A stretch of DNA of 64,000 nucleotides, from positions 130,202,001 through 130,266,000 of the forward strand of contig CM059432.1 in NCBI GenBank assembly GCA_030390025.1, read 5' to 3'. Positions 51,356-63,034 of the stretch are shown one piece after another (position 1 is the stretch's first letter; each line of letters begins with the position of its first letter). Source of the stretch: Squalus acanthias. Its lineage: Eukaryota. The notes beneath the pieces are model-generated. The model saw nothing but the letters and a program-made list of their open reading frames with translations. It was not told the DNA's origin and did not search any database. Both the position numbers and the translations under genes were made by a program.

Positions 51356-52018
51356 GACAGTCTAGAAGCAGATTCCCCCCCTCACACACACAAGCAGCAG
51401 GTGGAGCATATCTAATTCTCAGGAGAATTGGGATTTCTCCTCACTGCCATACACATGTACACAAACCTCAGAATAATTGCTGGGATTCAGTTTTGCTAGC
51501 AGAAGCCTTCTCAATCCTTTCGGTTGCTATTCTAAATCCTGTATTTTATGTATACGCTTCTTTTTTTGCAAAGGTGCTGTGGATGCAATTCCATCTCTTA
51601 ACCACTGCACTTGGCTTTCATAAGATTGCACTGAAAGCTTCTAACATCTCACTTTCTGTCAGGCAATTGCCAGAATCCTTAGCTATTAGTTGACAAATGG
51701 CCTCATCTGTCATTTAGCCTTCACGTCTTTCTTTGGGGGTGTTCTGATTTATCACGGGAACAATCCTTGCAGAAGTATGATCCAGTACTGAGATTGTTCT
51801 AATATCTGCTCCTAATAATCCTACCCCCAATGAGTTAGAGAACAGCAAGCAGTTGGCACCTGATGGTGTGGCATGTCGAATTGAATTGAAGCTATAATCT
51901 TGTCCTTTATTATTGACTACTCACCAAGCGTCAGGTAGACTCATCTCCTCCATTAGGCAATGCTGGACTGCATTCCCAGCATCACGCAAGTAAATGCACG
52001 ATAATGAGAAAAGGTAAT

Positions 52019-52765
52019 GAGCCAGATTTTGCTGAAAAAAATACGGCATCTGAACGACACACGCCGTTATTGACGCGCAAATCGGCCAGCAACTTGTAGC
52101 AAGGAAGAGATACGCCATGAATTGTGAAACGCCACAAGTTAGCTTCGCATCTCACCCTTAACCTCCCCCTGAGTTTCATGAAGTTGCTGCATTTGCACAT
52201 TAATTGCCCATTAAACTCGCCGCAGAAAGTTAAGTCTTGTAATTAACAATGTAAGTACCTTTTTAACGCCATGATCTTTTGTAATGACTGCCAATCAACC
52301 TCTCTTGCCCAGAAAGTGAACAATTATAAGCGTGGAGTCTTAATCCTGCATGTAGTGAATTGTTTTCGGAGAATTAAAAAATGTCAAATTTTAAATTAAA
52401 AAAAAAATCTTACTTTTCCTTTCTGTGTCTTTTTTCTCTCTCTCTCCTAATTCAATCTTTCTTTCACTCTCTTTATTTCTCTTTCTGTACCTGATTTGAC
52501 ATTGAATTCACACACTCTTAATTCACCCTCCTCCTCAGTCCTTCCTCTGTTTGTTTCTCAATCCTTTAATCTCATTGGTTAAGGAGATATACTGTTGGTC
52601 CTGTCGTTCACCAAGGTCCCAGTTCCCCTGTTGCCCTCGCTGTGCCGTTATCAGCTCGCACTTCCAGCAACTTTGTGGGCAAATTTTGTAAAACCTAAAT
52701 GTGCTCAAAAAAGTCTAACTAATGGGGCACACCACACAATGCCCCGCTCCAGCAAAGTCTAGGCC
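52019..52765. mobile_element. Harbinger-type MITE
   Basis: Imperfect TIR gagccagattttgctg / cagcaaagtctaggcc; TSD AAT. Confidence 0.7.
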
Positions 52766-53301
52766 AATGTATATTGACTGGGCAACTCAATAATACAATC
52801 TAACATTCTTTTACTTGGTAATCTCCATGTCCCAAACCACAGGAGGTGCTAACTTTGTGTCTCAAAAAGATGAGAAGGCAGAAGCAGAGGAAGAGAAGGG
52901 GTAGGTGCCACTAGGCTCTTAGAATGACATGCACATCTGAGGGGATTAACACATCAGACAGAAGAGAAGGCCTTCAAAAGGAAGAGGGAGCTTTTCATTG
53001 CACCTGTGAGACACAAAAGTACACAAAGCCCTCACAACCATCCTATTTTGAAACAAGTAACAGGATGTATTGTGAGGCTTCAAGGCATTAATGAGCTGCT
53101 TAGGAACATTACACAGGGATATTACATGGGGATATTGCGTCTGTGCATTACACGATGGCTGAGTAGAGTTAGTCATCAGCCTGCTCAGCACTGCTCAGTG
53201 ATGTCACCAGACAGGTATCCATTGTCCTCTACAAAAACAGAACATGCTGAAAAACACTCAGCAGGTCAGGCAGCATCCATGGAGAAAGAAACAGAGTTAA
53301 C

Positions 53302-53737
53302 GGGCTGGATTTTCATTGACCCGTGGAGGCGGGTTTGGAGGCGTGTGGGGGGTTAAAATTGTGAAAAGTGGCGGGCGGACCCGATCCCGCCTCCACACAA
53401 TTTTGATGAAATCGTGTGCAGTGGTCCCGTCCCACCTCCAAGAGGCGGGAGAGGCCTTAACAAGCCCTAAATTGGCTCTGTAATGCCATTTTGAAATGTT
53501 TTAGCTAGTTTAACCCTTTTCCCATGTGAAGCACGCCTGATGTGAAACACGCCAGTGAAACCTGACGGGAGCACAAGTGGATAGCTGACTATCAGCTGCA
53601 GGTCCACTATTACAATGGAGATGTAATGAAGGTAGTAGTAGTATTAGGTCTGAAAGTCGCCTCTGATGCTGCTGCATTGAATGTCTTTAGAGACTGCCTG
53701 GCCTTTGCTGTGAGAGGACCTGGATGGAAAAAAAAAT

Positions 53738-53776
<39 letters not shown>

Positions 53777-54038
53777 GATGCTGCTCATTTTGCATCCAGG
53801 TCCTCTCACAGCAAAGGCCAGGCAATCTCTGACCTGCAATGCAGCAACAATGATGACATCATCAGAGGCGACTTTCAGACTGAAACCACTAATTGGTTCA
53901 TGGGTTCCCACATGCTGGAACTCAATTGCCCAATTAAGTGAAAATTGCATCAATCTCCCACATCCAATTGCAGTCGGGTGGATAACATGAAATGCAGATG
54001 ACACGACCCCAACCCGCCCCAGTATCAAAATCCAGCCC
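53302..54038. mobile_element. Harbinger MITE (same family as 41591-42367)
   Basis: Perfect TIR gggctggatttt / aaaatccagccc; TSD AAC. Confidence 0.95.
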
Positions 54039-54596
54039 AACGTTTCAGGTCTGTGACCCTTTGTCAGAACTGGAAAAAGTTAGAGTTGTAACAGATTTTA
54101 AGCAGGTGCAGAGGCAGGGAAAGGGGGGACGGGGTGGGGGGAGGAAAGAACAAAAGGGACGGTCTGTGATAGGGTGAAAGGCAGGAGTGGTTCAATGTTG
54201 CAAATGGGAATGGCAGAATCATCAACAGCTGCTGCCTGAAAAAATAGGGGCAGAGGTTATGATCTGAAATTGTTGAACTCGATGTTGAGTCCAGAAGGCT
54301 GTAAAGTGCCTAATAGAAAGATGAGGTGCTGTTCCTCGAGCTTACGTTGAGCTTCGTTGGAACAGTGTAAGAGGCCGAGGACGGAGAGGTCAGAGTGGGA
54401 GTGGAGCGGAGAATTAAAGTGACAGGCAACCGGAAGCTCGGAGTCACCCTTACGGACTGAACGGAGGTGTTCCGCAAAGCGATCACCCAATCTGCGTTTG
54501 GTCTCCCCAATGTAGGGGAGACCGCATCGTGAGCAGCGAATACAGTATACTAATTTGCAAGAAGTACAAGTAAATCGCTGTTTCACCTGGAAAAGT

Positions 54597-55375
54597 GGGC
54601 CACCTCAGTTCCAAGAGGCTCACACCACCACAGCGCAGCCGGCACCACTGGCACCCTGGTCCTTCAGGTATCGCCTCGGCACAGCACCACAACAGGTTGA
54701 AGGAAAGGCACCGGGGGTAGACATGATGGTAAAAAGAAACACCTGCTGTAAAAATGAACGAGCACAGTCAAACCACTTTGTGATATGAAGTCCAGTGTTC
54801 CAAAGTATGTCTGTTCTTTGATTGGTTTGGTGTTTGAGAGGAAACTTTGGAGGTCAGTTTGCAATGGGACATAATTCCTTCTCTGCCTCCTTACTGAACT
54901 ATTGCCTCCTTAAGCAGGCCTCTACTGAGACATCATTGAGGGAGTGGCAAGGTATGTCGACTCTTATGGAAGGGTGGTTGGTCCTCTTCTTTGGCGTAGA
55001 ACTATCCTGCTTGTCTCTGTCATTTCCTCTTCCTCCTGCTACTGGTCAGCCTCCAATATAAGGACACATATGGGAACTCACATAGTCAACCCCATGGTAA
55101 GGACTCCATGATAGAAGAATGAAAAAGCTGAAAGCTTTCCCTGCCTGAAGCAGCTGAAAGACAGATTACAGAATCCTTTCTTAGTCGCACAGCCGAGGAC
55201 AGATTTTTGTAATCGCTGCAGCAAAGCTGATGTTTCAGACAAAGTATGCGGACATTCAAAGCCGGTGAACTCCACCACTGCCTGCATTGACACTCTTGGG
55301 AGGTAATTTATCCCTCTGTTCCACGGGCTTAACTGCAATTCTGGTGTCAATGGTGGAATTTCTGGGACAGCATCT
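54597..55375 (-). mobile_element. Old Harbinger-derived segment with a transposase N-terminal remnant, between the Penelope RT and EN
   Basis: Manual translation of 54850-54950: HSLNDVSVEACLRRQ*FSKEAEKELC; terminus-like ggaatttctgggac near 55355-55368. Confidence 0.6.
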
Positions 55376-57167
55376 TCTGTTTGGGGCCCTGGACATTGGG
55401 AAGGGAGGAGGTAAAAGGGCAGGTGTTGCATCTCCTGCACTTGCACGGGAAGGTGCCATGGGAAAGGGAAGGTGCTGTTGGGGGTGATAGAGGAGTGGAC
55501 CAGGGTGTCGCGGAGGGAGCAGTCCCTTCGGAATGCTGAAAGGTGAGGGGAGGGGAAGATGTGTGTTTGGTGGTGGGATCACACTGGAGGTGGCAGAAAT
55601 GGCGGAGGATGATCCGTTGAATGTGGAGGCTGGTGGGGTGAAAGGTGAGGACAAGGGGAACTCTATCGTGGTTCTGAGAGGGAGGGGCAGGGATGAGAGC
55701 AAAAGTGAGTGAAATGGAATGGGCACAGTCGAGGGCCGTGTCAACCACGGTAGAGGGGAATCCTCGGTTGAGGAAAAAGGAAGACATATCGGAAGCACTA
55801 GTATGGAAGGTGGCATCGTCAGAACAGATGTAGCGGAGACGGAGAAACTGGGAGAATGGAATAGAGTCCTTACAGGAAGCGGGGTGGGAGGAAGTGTAGT
55901 CCAGGTAGCTGTGGGAGTCAGTGGGTTTATAGTGGATGTTTGTCGATAGCCTATCCCCAGAGATGGAGATGGAGACGGAGAAGTCGAGGAAGGGAAGAGA
56001 AGAGTCGGAGATGGACCATGTGAAGGTGAGGGAAGGGTGGAAATTGGAAGCAAAGTGAATGAAATTTTCTAGTTCAGGGCGAGAGCAGGAATCAGCACCG
56101 ATACAGTCATCAATGTACCGGAAAAAGAGGTGAGGGAGGGGACCTGAGTAGGACTGGAACAAAGAGTGTTCCACATATCCCACGAAAAAGCAGGCATAGC
56201 TAGGACCCATGCGGGTTCCCATAGCAACACCTTTCATTTGGAGGAAGTGAGTGGAGTCAAAGGAGAAGTTGTTCAATGTGAGAACAAGTTCAGCCAGGCG
56301 GAGGAGAGTGGTGGTGGATGGGAACTGGTTGGGCCTCTGTTCAAGGAAGAAGCGGAGCGCCCTCAGGCCGTCCTGGTGGGGGATGGAGGTGTAGAGGGAT
56401 TGGACGTCCATAGTGAAAAGGAGACGGTTGGGGCCAGGAAACTGGAAACTGTTAAAGTAGCGGAGAGTGTCGCAACTCATTAGGCCACGTTGCCATTGCA
56501 GGTGAGTGGGAAGCCTGGCCCTGTATCCTGACACCAACACCAGTAGAAATCTAAGGAGGCTGGCTAGAGAGCGAAGACATCATCACGAAGGTGGACTTTA
56601 ACCACACCACTTGTGCTGGGTCCTGGATCTGAGTTCCCACTGATCACTGGGAGGGCGGATCTCTTGGTATCAGTTAGAACCCGCAGACCCTGAGAAATGG
56701 CACCCCCAAACTTCTCGGAAGCTGGCTACCATCATTCCCTCCAAATTATCCCCCAAAGCCTGAAGGCATGTAGGATACACTGGGGACTTCTCTCTCAGGT
56801 GGGACAGGTGCAGATGTTCCTGGTGCTGCCACTCGCTCCAGGTAGTGCTGCATTGTGTTGAATCCTTCTCGGATATTGACACTGAGGGTGGCATTGGACT
56901 CCTCCGTGACCCCTGCCTCAGGTCCTCTGAGATGGTGCTCAGTGGGACCTCCATGTGAGCATGATGCTCATCCAGCTTCATGCTTTATAGACCAGGATCC
57001 CAGAGATGTGAGTCCACAGGCTTGGGTGCTGGCGCCTGCAAAGCCTCCATTCCCCACAGACAGATCCTACTTTCCCCTATGAATTCTCTGGCACTGTGAG
57101 GGTAATCAATGAAGGAGCACCACACGTATAAAGAGACTGCAAGGAAGGATCAGGGGAGTAGATAGCT

Positions 57168-57365
57168 TACCTTGGCTGCTCTGGTGAGGTCTGCATTGCA
57201 AAGAAATGTTGGGGTTCAAGGAGGTGCCATTTAATGCCACAGCCTCCTCCCTCCACAGTCTTGGTGGGTTTCTGGCCCCGACCCTAAACAGATCGTCCCT
57301 CCTGCTCCATATCCCCTTTAGGAGGACCTGTAGGGCCAGCATCCTGAAGTTTACTGCTCATTTCT
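57168..57365 (-). pseudogene. Degenerate Harbinger Myb/SANT exon
   Basis: LALQVLLKGIWSRRDDLF..RLWREEAVALN..SLQCR followed by a gtaag donor. Confidence 0.6.
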
Positions 57366-57541
57366 TTGATAAACTGCCACCCTTGCTTCTGTCCATGCTG
57401 CCACCGCCCCTTTAACAGTAGCAAGTTTTACATCCTAAACATAAAATCAAAAATTCAATTTTTGGTGCATGTAATTCTGAAATTTTACTGGTGTTTCCTC
57501 ATCCCAGGTTTTACCGTTACTCTAAAGATTAATGCTGAATG

Positions 57542-57636
57542 GTTTAATATTGCACAGTCTAATATTGTACTGTTTATTATTGCACAGTTTAATATTGTAC
57601 AATTTAACATTACACAGTTTAATATTGCATAATTTG
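57542..57636. repeat. Degenerate 15-bp tandem repeat, ~6 copies
   Basis: Unit gtttaatattgcaca. Confidence 0.8.
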
Positions 57637-57920
57637 AACAAGGCCATTATCCTCCTGTACATATATTGCACAGCTTTAACAAAAGGTGCAATATGTACAA
57701 GATTGCACAGTTGAAACAGCAACTAAATCATGTGCAGTATTGCATGCACAACATGAACAAACCCCACAAGAGCAACGGCTAACTGGGAACAGCACATCAT
57801 CTTCCTTTAGCTTGACCTGGTCACCACCCAGTGTTACAAGGGTCAGTATAATATTGAGGAAGAGGGAAGCAGAAACACCCATGTTGCTTATTAATAAAGT
57901 TTGTAGCTGGTGCACATATA

Positions 57921-60900
57921 GGGCTGGATTTTCATAGGGCCGTTGAGGCGGGATTGGAGGCGTGTGGGAGGTTAAAATTGGAAAAAATGGCGGGCGGGCC
58001 CGATCCCGCACCCATCCTGCCTCCGCTGAATTTTCCCAGGTGCGCGTTTTCAGATCCAGTTCCCGACCTGCCTCCAAGAGGCGGGATAGGCCCTTAAGGC
58101 CATTGACAAGCTCCTAATTGGCTCCATAATGCCATTTTCACAGGCCTTTCGGATTTTTATCAGTTTTCCACGTGATGCACGCCTCCTCTGAAACACGACG
58201 GTGAAACCTGGCGGGTACACATTTGGCTTGCTGGCTTTCAGCTGCAGCTCCACCATTAAAGAGTAGTTTGGAGCAATCATCATTTGCAGGTGGCAGAACT
58301 TAGTTGTTTCAGGTCTGGGGAAACTTTAGCAGGCCTACTCATTGTTGTGGAAGTTTGGAGCCTGACACCCATCTCCAGTGTGAGCTCCTGGAAAACCCTT
58401 CACCCCACCCTGACTTAGCACTTCCTCAACTGAGACATCTACCAGAAGAATGGGAACCATTCGGTTCCTTTCCCCCTGGACATCAGATGAGGACGAGGAG
58501 GAGGAGGAGGAGAAAGAAAACGAACATCTGGCAGAGGCGCATCAACCAGCGGCGGCAATACGCGAGACCATTGCTGGCCGGGACGCAAGGAACACATTCA
58601 TCTTGGCCAGATTTGCCTAGCCTAGCCAAGCAACCACTTGTGCCTCGCAGCTTCTTGCCACAGCATCATTAATGGCCAGGACCCATCGTCTTCCTAGCAC
58701 TCTGACCATCATTCTGACAACTGCTACTCCTCCTAAGTCCGCAATGTGGAAGTCCCAATAGCGAGATGACACAGGCCACAACTGCAGCAGTAGCCATCAG
58801 ATTTTTTATTTACAGGAAGTTACTGATGGCTTATCACAATTAAACATAACATTTCACCCAAGTGACAAACCTTGTGACTATTTGTGCAGTTTCTTTCTCT
58901 TACGCGTGCTTCTACGTGGTGGTTCCCCCTTGGCATCAGCAGATGTGAGGCCCCTTGCTCACTCTGTTGCTGCTCCTGTCTCAACACCTTGGGCGGGTGT
59001 CCTCTGGGGTACCGAGCCTGTGAGGGCTCGCCAACAGTCTGCTGCTCCTGCGGCTGTGCAGGGGTTGAGACGCCGATCTCAGTTGGGTGTGGACTCTGGT
59101 GGGGCTCTGACCGAGGACTTGTCAGTGGCATGGAAGTGTGAGCGCTTGGAGAGGAGCCCCCACTTCCTTGTTCTCTGCCACCATCATCCCTCTCATGGGT
59201 CAGGCCCACCTCAACGCTTGCAAGTGGCTTGAAAGCACCTTGCTGCACATCAGGGGGGCCATGGGGACCCGTATCTGCACTGGCAGTCCTACTCAGAAGG
59301 ACTTCCATGAAGGTCTGGTTTCTCTGTTCAATAGATGTCCATCACTCCTCCAGAGATGTCATTCTATTCAGAACACTCACCATGTTTTCTGCACTCTGGC
59401 GACTTATCACCTCCATGGAGGTTGCCATCCTTTCCATGGTGATGCGTTCATGCGCCAATGACTCCACAAAGGCTCTGCTCATGTTCGCAATGGACTTCTC
59501 CATTCGCTCCACACTCGCAGCGACCCTGGAGACAAAACCTGCCAGAGACTCCTGCATCTGTTCCTGGAGTTCCAGCACCGCTGTTCTTGTGGATGGACCC
59601 AGAGGCATAGGGTCGACATGCAGCTGAGCCGAGCTGGGAGAATCCTGCGCCCTCCGACGAAGACTCTCCACTGCTTTCCCTGTCTCCACCATCTGCTGAG
59701 GCTCACTTGTGAGCTGTGATATACCAGGTGACAACACTACTCTATCTCGCGAGGGTCCCACCGAGGTGTGAGTCTCTGCGATGGTGCTGGCTTGGCTGAA
59801 TCGTGCTGACGCTGCGCCCTCAGAGGTTTCAGCTTCCTCTGAGGAGTCTTGAGCCTCAGGCTGTTTCTCCTGGATGGTGGAGACGGGTGCTTGCGATGGT
59901 CCTGTGGGGGAGTAAAGGAAAAAGTCAGAGATGTGAGGCCAAGGTGACATGCACAGTGCATATGGTAGATGATCATAAGTCCAACTGTTAGAGCTTCAGA
60001 ATCATTATCAGCGACTCATGCAATGTCAATGAGAGAGATGAACAACTATTCTGTCACCGGCTTGCTCTGCTGCGCCCGTCTGCCCGTTCCCCACTTGCGC
60101 ATCATCATCGAGTCCCACGATCTCCAGGGCCGCCTCCTCCCAGGTGGTGAGCTGGGCTACTGAGGGTGGCCCTCCTCCTGTCCTCTCTCTTTCGCGCTTA
60201 TTGTGAGCTCTCTTTTCCTGCAATGAGGGAGACAAGTGGAGTTTGAGTGAGAATGAAGGAGAGAGTTTATAGAATCCATCTCATAGATGCTTATAAGGAG
60301 GCAAAGATGGAGTGAGGTGGCAAGACCAGGGGCCCATCCTGTGTGTTGTAAGTTGTTTGCATAGCATGACAGTGATAGGGAGTGTGAGGGCTGCATAGTG
60401 GAATAGTTAGGTGAATGTGACCATAGAGAGAGAGGGAATGGTTAAGGGTGCAGGGATGTCAGTGTCAAGTGGGATATGGAGGAAGAGGTTACTAAAGCTG
60501 AGTGCTGGTGAGGAGAGGCAAAGGGCATCAGATTGAGGGTGATGGGAAAGTCATACTCACTTTTCCAGTGCACATAAGGTCATGAAATATTTTGCGGCAT
60601 TGAATCCAAGATCTGTTGATCAAGGATAGAGAAGTCACCTCCTGGGCCACCTGGAGCCACACAGCCTTTGTTTGCTGAGGAGGCTTCTTTCTCCCTGAAG
60701 AAGGGAAGAGCACCTCCTTATGATCTCTTGCTCCATCTATCAGGGCTTGCAGGGCGGCGTCCTCGAATCTTGGAGCAGACTTGGGTTTGTTGGTACACAT
60801 GATGCCTCCAGGTCAATGTAGGAACAAAGGCCAGAAGGTTGGCAGTCTGCAAAGGAAGCAAGGCCTCTTGCAGACCTTAAAAGCAGCAGCAATGATGACG

Positions 60901-61080
60901 TCATCAGAAGCGACTTTCAGACTGGAAAAGCTAATTGGGCCAGGGGTTCCCACACACTGGAACTCAATTGCCCAATCAGGGGAAAATCGCGTTTGTTACA
61001 CACATCTCATGAGAGTCGTGTGGATAACACAGAATTCGGATAACACGACCCCAACCCGCCCCAGTATCAAAATCCAGCCC
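57921..61080. mobile_element. 3160-bp Harbinger element with a Myb gene and only the C-terminal remnant of the transposase
   Basis: Perfect TIR gggctggatttt / aaaatccagccc; flanks ATA/AAA; plus-strand acidic tail ending GRDARNTFILARFA* at ~58440-58620. Confidence 0.93.
58820..60800 (-). pseudogene. Nearly intact Harbinger Myb/SANT gene: exons 60800-60561, 60217-60058, 59901-58820, with an in-frame TGA at 59342-59344
   Basis: APRFEDAALQALI..WLQVAQEV..RSWIQCRKIFHDL; EKRAHNKRERERTGGGP; GT-AG sites in compatible phases (0, 1); 319 aa to the first stop. Confidence 0.88.
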
Positions 61081-61161
61081 AAACTGTTTGTATTGAGCAT
61101 TCTTCATTTACCTGTTTAATGTTCAATAAATTTGGTTTCTAGTCTGAGCCATAGTCTTATA

Positions 61162-62812
61162 GGCCTAGAAATTCGTGACCGCCACAAGAGCTGCCGGTGC
61201 CACCGTGGCCGGGTGTTAACGGTCGGTGAAAATGGTGGCGCTGGCAGGACCGAAGAATTGGCGCTGGGGACTAATTAACATTAGCCCACCACTTAACTCA
61301 CCGTGCAACACCGTCCTGGTGGCGCTGGTCCCAGCAGGAGGCCCCAATGTAGCGAGGCTGAAGCGCCATTGCAGCTAGAACAGCCTCTCTGAAAGCGAGG
61401 CTGTGATTTCAGAAAGCATTGTTGGTCTCTTAAAGGGGCAATGCCTTCTGAAATGAAGAAAATAAAAATGATGTTAAAATAGGCGGTTTTCAGCCCTTAC
61501 AGCTCAACTGCCTTCTGAAAAAAAAATTAGCAGTAAAAAGAATTCCCAAATGGGAGTCTTCAGCTCTTAAAGCTGAATTCCCTTCCGCACCTAAAAAAAT
61601 GGGAAAAGTGCTTCAGCACTAACACAAATGGCTCAGCAAGCCAGGGAAGGGACACCCAGGGTCTCGAACGCAGCACTCCAACTTTGTGCACAGGGTCAAC
61701 ACTGCAAGTGAGGTCCTCTACCCACAGGGGCCAGAAGGCCCTCCAGAAAGAACGATGTGGGACCACATCACTGAGGCCATCACTGCCAGCAGTGTCGCCC
61801 CCAACACCTGGCTCCAGTGCCCAAAGAAGCTTCATGACCTCAAACCAGTGGTCAAGGTCAGTGAATGCATCTTCAAAAGCCGTCTCCTACCAACTACACC
61901 ACTAGCCTCACACACTGATCAATGCACAACTCCCCCCCTAAACCAATCACTCACTTAGCAACAATCTCTACTAAACATGAGCCACACCTCCCATTCCTAG
62001 CTTCACCTTACCCCGTTGGAGGAGATGGTGCTGGCCATTCTTGGCAGGGGCATGGCTGAGCCCCTGGCCAGCGGCAGGGCTGAAAGGATACAAGATGTTG
62101 GTATCATCATACGTTATCCTCCTTCTCGCGTGTACCTCTTGCTTTCCCGCCCTCCCCTCACCACAACTCCACCCTTGTGCCTTCCTCATTTCACACCCCC
62201 AAGAAATGCAGCCTGCCCAGCCAGTGTGTTCCTAAGAAGAGGGAGAGGAGAGTGAAGAAGAAGAAGAAGAAACACCATCACTCGATCTCACACTCACAGC
62301 CACCAGCTCCTCAAGGTCAACCAGCAAGGTCATTTGCAGTGTCCCCCACTGAAAGTCAGCAGCCTTCCACCAACCATGCTGCAGCCACTGGGGTAGCACT
62401 GCATAACATCAGTAGGATAGGCAAAGGCACACACAAGATAGTCACTAAGAGAATGCACAAGGATAATTAGTTGATTTGTTGATGTCATATTGGATGGATA
62501 GATGTATAAAGTTGGATTGGAAAGTTTGCTTTGTGGTGGCTTTTATTTCAGCATTGTGGTCAAGAGGACATTGTGATGGTCAATAACAGAGGGAAGGTAA
62601 GGGGTGGGACAAATGTTGAAAGTGAATTGGGATTGTGGTCACTGATACCGCAGGCGGATGATTCCATCCCAGATATCCCAGCCAGAAAAGGGCTGTCTGG
62701 GTTGCATCCTTCCTTCTGCTTCCTCCTGTTCTGCTTCCTCCTCTTTTGCTTCCTCCTCTTCTGCACCTTCCTCTTCTGCATCTTCCTCTTCCCTCGGCGA
62801 GTGGACACTGTA
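61162..62812 (+). mobile_element. Deleted Harbinger element: decayed Myb gene (+, exon 1 ~61628-61856, C-terminus ~62330-62470) converging on a transposase C-terminal remnant (-, 62639-62800)
   Basis: Start ggcctagaaattcg; MWDHITEAITASSVAPNTWLQCPKKLHDL; QQPSTNHAAATG matches the tail of the first Myb gene; acidic run ending DGIIRLRYQ*. Confidence 0.78.
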
Positions 62813-62816
62813 AATC

Positions 62817-62945
62817 TGAAATAAAAGCATAAAATGCAGGAAATACTCAGCAGGTCAGGCAGCATCTTGACCTCAGACGTGAACTCTGTTTCTCTCTCCA
62901 CAGATGTTGCCTAACCTGTTGAGTATTTCCAGCATTTTCTGTCTT
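62817..62945. mobile_element. Inverted pair of Penelope family-2 pLTR ends
   Basis: aaaatgcaggaaatactcagcaggtcaggcagcatct versus agatgttgcctaacctgttgagtatttccagcatttt. Confidence 0.8.
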
Positions 62946-63034
62946 CTCAGAGGCCTTTCTTTACCATTCAAGGCCTTGTAAGTGTCCAGCAGCACTCCCT
63001 GCACACTTTATAAACTTTGAACATGCATTACAAA

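Larger units (their letters stand above)
53232..56475 (-). mobile_element. 5'-truncated Penelope family-2 element (RT ~55379-56475, GIY-YIG 54257-54594, pLTR ~53232-54250), interrupted twice
   Basis: MDVQSLYTSIPH, GVAMG, RYIDD, CKCRRCNTC, LVYCIRC..YIGETKRRLGDRFAEH. Confidence 0.95.
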
